Positions 53,199 to 64,000 of a stretch of 64,000 nt of DNA are shown in pieces; within the stretch, counting starts at the first letter, position 1, and the number at the start of each line of letters is the position of its first letter. Made by a program: the position numbers and the translations under genes. The stretch comes from Sphagnum compactum (Eukaryota): the NCBI GenBank assembly GCA_965153455.1, contig OZ234493.1:8050213-8114212 (forward strand). Direction: 5' to 3'. The notes under the pieces are model-generated. The model saw only the letters and a program-made list of their open reading frames with translations. It ran no database searches and was not told where the DNA came from.

Positions 53199-54512
53199 TT
53201 AGAGCTACTATTATGACTTTTGCTCTATTGGGCCTTGGGACACCTTTGTGGGGTGTCCATTGCCATGGCCTTCAACAATGAATCAAGCGTCCCTTTACAT
53301 ACTCCATGGAAAAGAAAAAATTAGAGGTTGTGCTAGCGAGGTTTTGCATATGTTGAACAAGTATGGCAATTTGAATTCACATGTGAAGTCTATGTTTCAT
53401 GGATGAAATGTAATTATAGAGCGTATTTCTTGAATGAACTTTATTTCATACTAAGATTTTGTGAATTTTCATGAATTGATTTCCATTCCATCAGGACGGC
53501 TTAAATTTCACATCACTCACAAAAATGGATGGAAAAATAAAATAAAAATTGAAGTCAAAACCTTCCAATTTGCTCTCCATATGTTCAAAATGTAATATGG
53601 GGGTAGTTTGGATTTTGAAAAGGCTCCTCTCAAGCTTCAAAGACACCCATCAAGTAAAAAACAATGAAGAGAGAGAAGGGAAAAATGGGAGGAGCCTAAG
53701 GCAACCTGTGGAAGAAACAAAAAAGAAAAAAAAAAGAAAAGGGGCAGTCTGTTTTTCTGGGGCAAAAGTGTGGGCAGACCAGAAAAAAAAAACATTCAGG
53801 CCTTGTATGTACAACCCAGAAAATTTGAAAACTATGGGCAGCAATGGTGAGTCGATTGTTTAAAATAATTTGTGAAATTGACTAATAATAAATCATATTA
53901 TAAACTAGAGTTATTTAACCTAATGATTTAATGCAAGAAAAAGTTGAAATCTCTCAAGAATTGTTTATTTCCTTTTTTTTTTCAATTTTGTGATGTAGCC
54001 AAGGTGGCAATATCCATAAGCTGATTTAGTCAAATATGGCTATTTTAAAAAAAGAAAGAAAAAAGAAATTAAAAATCCTTATATAATTCTTCCTAATTGA
54101 CCATGTAGAGAAATTTCGTGATTTTAGGCAAAAAATAATTTCAAAACGTCATAGAATCTGCACCCAAAAAAAAATTAAAAAATCAAAAATTTCACAACCA
54201 TGCGACATTTCTCAGAAGAAAAGAGGAGGGCTGCCCTCAAGACCAACTCCAAAACTACCCTAGCTCTAGTCAACTTGTTACTGAGCGGTTTTGGGGGGGT
54301 GGGGGGGGGGGGGTGAGCAGTTGAATCAAAATTTACTTCCGTAAGTTTCGCCATTAAATCCGCCGGCCAATTTGAGTTAGCCACAAAAGGAGGGGAAAAG
54401 TTTTGGGCAAAAAGAAAAAGAAAAAAAGAGGAAAAAGAAAACCCTAGGAAAAGAAAGCTTTACCCCCCCGCCAAACAAATTCAATCAACCCAGTGGCCAG
54501 AACTTGACCCCG

Positions 54513-54765
54513 CCACGTCATAAGACCCGAGTTCCGGACTGGGTGTGCGTGGCAAGTTTCGAGTGCATGAATTTCCACATTGCTCCAATCTGACCACGCC
54601 ACATCATCGAATAGAGTGTGTGCATGATGTGCCACCTCAATGCAGCTCGACCACGCCACGTCGTCAATTAGTTAGTGTGCTATACTTTCCACGTCATTCA
54701 AGGAAACCCCTCACTCCCGCCGCACCGCCCCCCCCCCACCATGACGCCACGCCACGCCACGTCAT
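54513..54765. promoter_or_regulatory. Cluster of bZIP-type ACGT elements and ERSE-like motifs
   Basis: CCACGTCA at 54513, 54689 and 54757; CCAAT-N9-CCACA at 54585; TCAAT-N9-CCACG at 54637. Confidence 0.45.
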
Positions 54766-55662
54766 CAAATAATGGTACTGTTTCCCACATGTTTGGCACC
54801 GCCGCAACACGAGACGTCCGGTGTTTGACCAGTCAGTAAAGACGAACCATGTGTTGCATGCGGAAATCATCGCAGCCGTTAAAAGAGACAAAGGGGAGTC
54901 GTAAGGTGCGGAGGCGAGGGTCGGGGGAAGTTTTAACGGTTGAGATGGAGCCGACTTTTTCTCCGGCCACCCGGCGCCTAAATGGAAAGGATGAGGCGAA
55001 ATCTGGAACAGAGACGTGGGGTGACCCGAAGCACTGGAGCCTTCGCTGAAACGCTGCGCCTCGCCTATTTTTTCCCTTCTCTTTCGCTTTTCTCTGCAGC
55101 GAATTTCCGCACAATTTTTGTGTTTTTGTGTTATTGTTTTTTTTGGTTTTTTGCTTCTCTTGAATTCTCGCAGTGGTTGGACGCCAGAGAGTGAAGATGC
55201 GCGTTTACTAGCTGCTTTTTTCCCGGTTCTGAGAACTTTTTTTCACCAGATATGGTCAAGGTTTCGGAACGGCCATGGTGTGTGTGTGTTTGCGACTGCG
55301 GCATGGCCTAGTTCTGTTTTCGTGAATAGGTAGGGTTCGTAGCAGTAGAAGTCTCTTGCTGAGAGAGAGAGAGAGAGAGAAAGAAGAAGGGAGGAGGAGG
55401 AGGAACATGTTTCTGCAATCTTCGTGGACTGTGGAAGGTTACAACGAGAGAGAGAGAGAGAGGAGGCGAGTCGTTTGGAAAAAGCACTTGCAAAGCCGTT
55501 GAGCATTTCTTTTCCTCTCCACCGAATTTGTCGACACTACTACCACTACTACGACGACGGATTCTCTGTCTGTCTTGCATTGTGTGTTGTTGTTGTTGCG
55601 GGGTTGCACATGAATGTGTCTTGCCATTCTCGTGAAAAAACAAATCTGTCACACTTTCTCTG

Positions 55663-58600
55663 ATGGCGCCTGCTTTGTTGAGAGTAAGCAGATCAGAGAG
55701 AGGAGGAGATGATCACGTGACGTTCTTACTACAAGAGCTCTCTTTCATTCGGGAAAGTGTACTGAACCCCAGGCATTACCACAGCCGCCTCGTTGAGCAA
55801 TTTCAGGGATGGATTGGTTGTTTTAGACCACGCAGCAGAGGAGCAGCAGCAGGGTCCTCCTCCTCCTCCTCTGGTGGTTACCAAAATGTGAGAATTTCCT
55901 TCGCAGCAGCAATACAGTGTCCCTCTGTGATGCCCATGGAGAGGAGGAGTAGTATATTGTACCCTGGCGACAGTGAACCCGCTTTGTTGCTCAAAAACTT
56001 CATGGGAAAGATCCGAATTCCTTGTCTAGATGACACTGTTTCTTCGGAGGCAGCCAACACTGCTATCAATCACATCTTTGCAGGAACAATGGCCAGGACA
56101 TTGTCTCAGGTATGATGTTATTACATGTCGACTGATCTGACGATCTCTTAGAGTTGTGATGTTTGTGGCAAAATCTTGTGTCTGTCCTGGTTTTCGGTGC
56201 ACCGATATATCTGTGTCCCTACCTTGAATTTCTTCTTGGGTTGTCTCCAGAACTGTCATATGGGTTTTTTTTCTGAATTTAGTAGTTGTTGCACAAGCTT
56301 GAGAATGGATTTTCAACACAAAATTTTGTGTTCAAAAGTTGAAAATTCAAATCCTTTTTTGTCAAGCACAGCAGATTTCTGTAAATATTCTAATTGTGAA
56401 GTTGGGAGGAACAAAATTCTTGGCTCTAATCCAAGGAAGGTCATGGCAGAGCTGCAGCTCAAAGGAAGATGATGATGGCTCATGTGGACTGGGACCATGC
56501 ATATGCCACAGATCATTTTTGATCTGAATACCTTTTTGATGAAACTGCTTACATTCCTGAGTTCATCCAGTTAACAAAAAACTCCAAGTGCAATGTACAC
56601 TGCCACTATCTGGAACCCCTGATATTGTTTTACTTCTGTAATGAAGATTTGCAGTTTGTAGAATATTCTAGGGGTTCCAGTTTTTGACTTCCCTGGTTCA
56701 GTAACAGGTGGATCCCATCTCTGTTGCAGGTTTGTGGCCATCCTGTGGACACTGTGAAGACGAGAATGCAGATACGAGAGCCAACAAAGAAGCTTCGCAA
56801 ATGGAAGAAGAAAATTATCTCAAAGCATATTGGAATTGGTCCAGTTGGTGTCGATAATTGGTTCTTCAAGGGGCCTGCAGATCTGTATCGTGGAGTGACA
56901 GGGGCTATCCTTGGCACTGTGCCAAATGCACTCTTATATTTTGCTGTATATGAAAGTATGCTTTCTTCAATTCCTAACAACATAAAAGAGTTTTGGATTT
57001 CAAGCTTGAGTCTGCTAGGATTATCATTAGTCAGTCAAGTGTCTCCATCTCAATGGTCCAATGTTGCATTGACATGGGGAGGGTTAACATCATGATGACC
57101 TTCCGAAGATTTTTAGTTATTTTCGACCAAGCGCAGAACTATTTGCAGAAGGAGAGAATGAGATGACACATAAATTTGATAATTTTGGGAGCTTAATTGT
57201 GTCACATTTGTGCTATTCAGCTTCAACATCAAAGCTTGAGAAATATCTGCCAAAGGGAGCTGTTCATGTGGTGTCTGCTTCTATGGGTACCATTGTAGCT
57301 TCCATAGTGCGGGTGATGCCTCTAACTTGATTCCTTTTTACACCCAATTACATGATTTGAAATTCCTTCTATATTTTTCTGAGTGTGCATCTTACTCATT
57401 GTTGGAAAGTTGCAATTCTTCTTTTATCCATATTAAGGACCTTTGCGTCTCATTTATCTCTTTTGTTCATTCATGTTTTTTAACTGTTCATTCTTGTTGG
57501 CCTGTCATAGGTTCCTGCGGATACCCTGAAACACCGTGTCCAAGCCTACATGCATCCAAATGGTAAGTCTATGACCTCTCTGATAAAATTGTGTCAACAG
57601 GAACCCTGTGGCATTTCTAGAAAGATTGCTTGTACAAGCTGCTTAATGTGACAGAACCAGAAATTTTTTTTGTGACTGATGCAATGAAACAAGTTGTCCA
57701 ACACTACGGAGAGCTAGTTATTGCTTTGAGTCTGATTTTGGGTGTGTTGGCTGGCAGTGTTTGAAGCCTTCCGGTCAGTGGTGACAGCTGAGGGTATTGG
57801 TGGGCTGTACAAAGGGTTTTGGCCAACTCTTCTTCGTGATGTTCCTGAAATAGCCATACAGGTACTTTCTGGCAAGTCCCCACATCATACCCTGATTTTT
57901 ATGTTGCACATGATGTCCCTTCATACAGAAGCTGATAGCCAGATGGGAAATGACTTCCTTTTGCATGTGTGGATGCTTGTTTCTGACTTGTTTCATGACA
58001 TGGTTGATTGGGAGTTTTGCAAGGGACAAGTGGATTTGTCTCCAGGTTTAGGTTGGGCTATATCTGTGTTTGATTTGTCTTTTGAGTTTTACATTTGTCA
58101 ACCTCTAATGGTCAAGATAGGCTTCTATATGTAACTGACAAAGGTGGAAGGGTTTTGGATAATGGTTTGCAGTTTGGTGTGTATGAGAAGTTGAGAGGTG
58201 TGGTGCAGGCAAAGCGCAATGTCACCAAGCTTACGTATGTCTCTTACATATTCACTTTGTCTTCAGTCAGCTTGGGCCTTTGTGGATCAGTGTCCAAATG
58301 AGTGTTTACGTGTGTGCGTTGATTACCTACATTGCACAATATTACTGAAAATGGAGGGCAATGCCCCTTTTCCCTTTCCTAGACCAGAATAAATTGTTGG
58401 GAGACCTCTTCCAAGTCAATGAATTCAAAGTTGTATTATTTCAGTGAAGTTAAACCGTTAGTATAATCTTGTTTTGCAGGACCCCAGAACATTTGGCACT
58501 GGGAGCATGTGCAGGTGCCATTGCAGCCACAATTACCATGCCAGTATGACACTTTTTTCTCTTAGAGCCTGTCTTAATCTGTAAGCTCTTGGTTGCTGGA

Positions 58601-59440
58601 ATGAATGCAACTAGTCAGCTCAGGAACAGCAGAACCCAACAAGGTCTTAGGAGGCATCCACCTACCCCACTTTGAGATGCCATTAAGAGGTCACAGTGTA
58701 CATGAAGTTTTAAGCAGAAAATATTGGCATGGCAGATCGCAATAGCCCAATGTGTATTGGTGGGGTGATAAAGAACGTGCATTGTTTTGTAACAGCTGGA
58801 TCTTGTGAAGACGCATCAGCAGTGCGGGATTGGTCAGGGCATTCCAAGGATAGTTATGTCTGTTATGGAGGAGAAGGGAGCTGCTGGTCTCTTCACTGGC
58901 GTGGTATGTGCTTGTTAATGCAAGTTCATTGTTCTTGCTTGCTTTGATAGACACAAATTTGTAGTTCTTGACTAGAGAATAGTCTACTGGGGGTCAGTGA
59001 TTACACATCTTGTGTACTTTGATCTCAAAAAATCCTCCAATACTCATCAACAGGTTGGTTTGAATTTTCTCTTTTAAAGTTACCTTGTCATATACTTTTT
59101 ATTGTGTTGATTTGCAGGGTGCACGGGCCTTACATGTGTCACTTATGTCAGCTCTATTTTTTGGATTGTTTGAATACTGCAAGATGGTATGTTCATAGTC
59201 CCTTCCATGGCACAATTAGGTGGTGATGCTGCAGAAGTTCTTGGTGTTGATGATGGAAACAATTACATGATGAATTGTTTTGTGTAACTTTGGCTGCAAA
59301 GGACACTTCATTAAAATAAGGGTGGCATGTCTGTGCAGGTAATGAAGCCTGATCGCATAGGTCTTGACAAGCTGCTCCTTCCCAAAATCTGGAGCAAAAG
59401 GCGCACCAAGATTTGGAAGCGACAATTTATCAGACACTGA
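55663..59440 (+). CDS. Mitochondrial carrier family (SLC25) protein, S-adenosylmethionine-carrier-like, 441 aa
   Basis: Exons 55663-56109, 56730-56955, 57221-57312, 57511-57562, 57758-57861, 58173-58234, 58480-58543, 58796-58903, 59118-59186, 59339-59440; all GT-AG and phase-consistent (1326 nt). Three carrier signatures PVDTVKTRMQ, PADTLKHRVQ and PLDLVKTHQQ, plus EGIGGLYKG..PTLLRDVP. Confidence 0.92.
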
Positions 59441-62400
59441 TTGTCACCACAACACATGTTTTCTTATTTGCAGCCTAGAAGGATCGGAACATAATGTCAC
59501 TCAGTGCTTTTCAAGTGGCATTGCAGCTAATGTAAAGCTTACCTGTATTCAGAAAGCTTTAATTTTTTGTGCCTGAAAGCTTGACATTCATTACTGGTTC
59601 TGAGGACTAGTCTAGAAAACTGAAAAACATACAATTCTTCCAATGTGCCATTTGCTTGCATGGGTGAAGAAGAAAGCATGCATGCCCTCATCATGGTTCC
59701 AGGCTTGGTGCACTGCCTTGTTGAAGTAAGTTTACTTTTATACTCAATAGAGTTGAGTCTTGTTATCTAAGACAATGCAGCCAAAAAGGGACATGCATAT
59801 GATTTACAATGCTACAATATTTGCCTTATTTGTTATGCACACATTTTGCACTTTAAATTGCTGTAGAGTTCAAGGATTCTCTGTCTTGCAGGGGAAGTAT
59901 TTCCTTTTAGGCGCTTGTAGAAATACAGCATAGTTGTAGGTCTATTGGTAGCACAAATGTTTAAGAAACATTGATTGTTATTTGGTTGATAAATATGATT
60001 GTTGATGAAAGTAGGCTGTTGGAATAATACTAGCAATTCAAGGGGCTATGTTTGTCATCACTGATGTTTGTCCATTGATGTACAAATTTTTTGCCTTGCA
60101 ACTCTTTCCTAGGATGCAGGTCCATGCTTATGCTGGCCTACTCCCACACTAAGAGAGCCAGATGAAGTCATCAGGTAAGTTGTGACAGGAAAGATGTTAT
60201 TATACATGCAAAGGATCACAGGTTGCTATTCTGCACATTTTTCCAGGTGTCACCCGATGCCTTGTTTTCTGTGTAATGGGGGAAGTTTCTTAACACCCTC
60301 TACTCTGTCACCTCAACCCCAGGAAAGCCTGAGGTACGGAGCCTTCCCCTCTATAAAGAAATGGGTAACTATTTTAGGGTTTCCAATCTTTCCGTTGGTC
60401 TGATAGCATACAATGCCTGTTGAAGGAAAAAACAAAAGGCTGTGGAGTTGTCTTGCAAGGAAATCCCATGTAAGCTTGTCTTACACAGAAAACCCTGTAA
60501 AATCCCCATTCTGCAATGCCAGGGTTTAATTTCCAGTTGCTCTAAACCCAAAAGTCGACACCATAAAGTTGAATGTCAAATGTTGAAGGTTTTCAAAGTA
60601 CCAGAGAAACCAAAACATTTCAACAAGATATAATTTTTGTCAGAAGGTTTTATTTGGCTACAGTACAGCAGCTTATGAATTACAGTATTGAAGTTTGACA
60701 AAAACAGAGGAACCACAACATATTCATAGTACCTAAAGATCCAACATGAGAAGGTCAAGTTGGACACAGATTCATAAGCATGGCAGAGCTTACAAAAGGA
60801 TGTTCAATTTTCAGAAAGATCAAAACCACAAGGATTTTCAACAAAAACATTTTTGACATCAGGAGATTGGAGTAAGATGGAAAGTGAGCATCAAAGAGCT
60901 TAGAAATTAGGAATATTGAAAGTTCAGAAAACAGAAACCACAACATTTATTACAAGACACAATTTGACATTTCAAAGTCAAATAAGAGGTAAGTGAGCAT
61001 GGCAGCTTATGGATTACGTATGTTACTAGTCTTGACTTAGAAAACCCCAACATCAGAAAGACACTTACAGCCACTGCCGCTGTAGATGACTGTCAGGGCA
61101 CTGGCTGCAAGGATGAAAGACATGAGGTTGCCAAAGTACAAAGAGATAATGACCCCATCAGAAACATGAATCAGACCAGATGCAGTAAAGCACAAGCAAT
61201 GCTGCCGCTGCTTCTGCTGAACCTATTCAGGTCACCTCCTGGTTCATACAGCAAAAGGCACTTGTGGTATCAACTCACTGCTCGATTGTCCTTGAAAAGA
61301 GAGACACATCAGGAAGTAAGACATGTATCACTACAGAGGAACCTTATATTATAATGCTTCAATGAAGCTTATTAGTACCTCCTTAGCCTTTGCTTATAAA
61401 CAGTGCACAACAACTCATATCTACAGTGCCAAAACATATGTCATGTTACCAACATCCTTCAAACTGTTAAACGATATCCATCAGACTGCAGGGATAACTC
61501 CGCAAAACACTTTGTGTAACCCAGTGTGTCAGTTCTAGATTGAAAATCACCCCTACTTCTCTTTCTGCTGGCAGACATGATTGCAACCTCCAATATCCTT
61601 CACAAGAGTCCCAACTTCTGGGCAAAAGCTTTGTTACCACCATCCAAATACACAAACCTTCATTTGATAACAATCATGCACCAGTTTTCAAGATCGTGCT
61701 GCAAATTGTATACATAATTTGCACATTCCAATAAGCTAAGAATAACTCTTCTCCCTAAAGCGAAGGTTATGTCTAACTACACTATTCCATTTTGGGTTAT
61801 GTACTCTCTCTAATGTTGGTACTGGTTTTTGCCTATGACCCAAAGTATATGAATTAGATTATGATACATATTCAACACAGAAAATGTCATGTGAGTAAAA
61901 AGTTCTGGATTCCACCAGTAAAATTCATTACTCTGAATGACAGCATATACATGGCAGCACATCCAGTGCACACCTATCTGCTCTACACAGAGAACATGAT
62001 TGGAGAGTCCAAATCAAATCTCAAATTTTGCATAATTCCACATTTTAGGGAAGGACTGTTTACAGCAAGTTCTATTACATTACAACTACCATGCTTCACA
62101 GCACATCCACGGTGACATATACATTCCTCTAAACTATGGTAGCCACTTGAACTGCCAAGTGCTTGCCAAGCAACTATTACAGACAATGCAGAGAGATTAC
62201 AAATCATGCTTCAAGAAGATACAATGCATCAGCAAGTTGTATGCGTTGATTGGAGGACATTACCAGCTCATCAGCTATACAGCAAAGTGCTAGTAGCTTT
62301 GCTCAATATAGGACAACTAATGCTTGCACCTTAGATCTTTCTCCTCAAGAATCCAGGGCTCACATTTCCACTTCAAACTCACAAGAACTGAAGCATATAC

Positions 62401-62479
62401 TCATCACTAACTCATGGTAAAGGTGTGTGCAGATACCACCTCTTACAGTAACCATGATTGAGGCATATGTGTAGATGGA

Positions 62480-64000
62480 ACAATGAACAGGAAGAGGTCA
62501 CCCAATTGTTCTCACAGCAGGAGCTGAAAGTCAGAATGTTGAGTGTGAACGTGGTAAGCCTGAAACCTTGGCAGGTAGGACAGCTGTAAATGCAACATCC
62601 ATAAGGTCCTGCTTATGGTCTGTCTCTCGTTTCCGTTTTGGTGAAGATGGTGGAGAAAGGTCACTAGTTGATGCCCCATTGGCATTCCTTTCTGCACGCA
62701 CTTTGATTGGTGATGGCACTTTATCCAAAGCATATCTCTGCACACAATGACAGTATACTTAGTGTCCTCCACACAGATATGAACCATATACAAGACAGTG
62801 ATCAAAGCAGCAAATAGTGTTCTCCACAAAACTCTCCAAAGCCAAATGCACCTTCTGTAACTGCTTTCTAAAAGACTGGCATGTGGACATACAAGACAGC
62901 ATGGATCCTTCCAGTGTAATGTTTGGTGACACCAATCCAAAATATCCTCAAATATCTCTCAAGAGAATCAAGAAATCTCCAGTAACATGTAGCAACTTCT
63001 CTATCATAACTTCCCCACTGACTTTATCAGCTCCCTACAGTGGGTAATAGGCCAGCGTAATCACTAACCTGCATACTGACTTTCTGTTGCAAGTCCAGAA
63101 GCAACAGAAAGACTCAGCCATGATACTGGCTAGCAACAAACAACAACACAAGGAGAAACACAAAAAGAAAAGAAGAGGGAAAAAACAAAAGATGCACAGA
63201 AGCGGAAAACAAAACATAGAAAAACAGACTACAGAGAAAAAACATAGACCAAGTGAGCTTACAGGAAGTTCCCCACTTGCAAGACTCTATACAAAGTCAT
63301 CTGGAATAATTTATTGAGCAATCCTCTAGTCCTCTTTAACAGAATCTTTAGATGCAAGCCTTTATTCTTCAGATGGATGATAAGACTGACCATCTGAGAA
63401 AAAAAGAAAAGGGACATCAGAAGACAGACTTGAATAAAGAAGGCAAAGTGCAGAAAGACAAGCAGAATGATTTTGGATCACCCACCTGGAAGAACAATCT
63501 TTCCCCACATACATGATGTATAATTGTGGTTATACTGCAGTTTATTTGTACAGGGTGATTTTCTCACAACTTTCACCCAGTCAAGGACAGACATCTCCAC
63601 CTGACCTAGAAGTTACTTGGTGTGACCCACAAGCAGTGCACTATGCAGATCTCATGTTATTTGTCAACTCAAGGCAAGTAATTTATTCACCTCCATCCTT
63701 GGAAGCTGTAGTCGACCAAGAGGTTGTTTAGAGAAATGCATAGCAGGCATATCATCTAAAGAGAATTGCATAGCAGGAATATCATCTGAACCCTTGCTGC
63801 TCCCTTCAAACACCTGCCACCCACAATGTGTGAGTCCACAATTCGTTCAAAGCCAGAACAATGTCTGCAATCCTTGACAGTTTGAGGATCATCATTCTAA
63901 ACTCTTGAACATGGGGTTGAATATCATCTGAACATAGAGCCTGCATATCAGTGGAAGGTTCTCCTAAGGTAACAGGGGAAGTTTGTGCAGTAACACACTC
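62480..64000 (-). pseudogene. Decayed protein-coding sequence of unknown family, interrupted by the Penelope-like copy
   Basis: Protein-like stretches in shifting minus-strand frames (QRYALDKVPSPIKVRAERNANGASTSDLSPPSSPKRKRE; ECVTAQTSPVTLGEPSTDMQALCSDD) with in-frame stops. No recognisable domain. Confidence 0.3.
62975..63410 (-). mobile_element. Second copy (3' end) of the Penelope-like element
   Basis: The reverse complement aligns with about 22404-22843 (tttctcagat..tcagtcttat..tcc.tctgaagaataaag; ctggcctat..ccac.gtagggagct.at.aagtcagtggg; gttgcta..catgttactg). Confidence 0.75.

Overview
Eukaryotic, AT-rich land-plant nuclear DNA. The intron style, the repeat families and a bryophyte-type mitochondrial rps19 fragment suggest a moss such as Sphagnum; this is an inference. 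I reconstructed four spliced protein genes exon by exon: EMC8/9 (+, 20267-23850), canonical histone H2A (+, 33293-33890), kinetochore SPC24 (-, 38541-36479) and an SLC25 mitochondrial-carrier/SAM-carrier-like gene (+, 55663-59440). There is also one tRNA-Gln(UUG) (-, 34865-34936). The rest is mostly decayed transposons: a non-autonomous CACTA element with a 3-bp TSD and an internal 25-bp minisatellite, Helitron-like elements, a pogo/Fot1 DDE transposase relic, CRE-like non-LTR pieces, a Ty3/gypsy LTR element, and two copies of a Penelope-like (Naiad/Chlamys-type) retroelement. The most unusual signal is in SPC24. One intron is a textbook minor (U12) GT-AG intron. Another appears to have AT-AC termini with otherwise U2-like signals, a rare class that gene finders would mis-annotate. 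All protein-family calls come from motif recognition by eye, not database searches.
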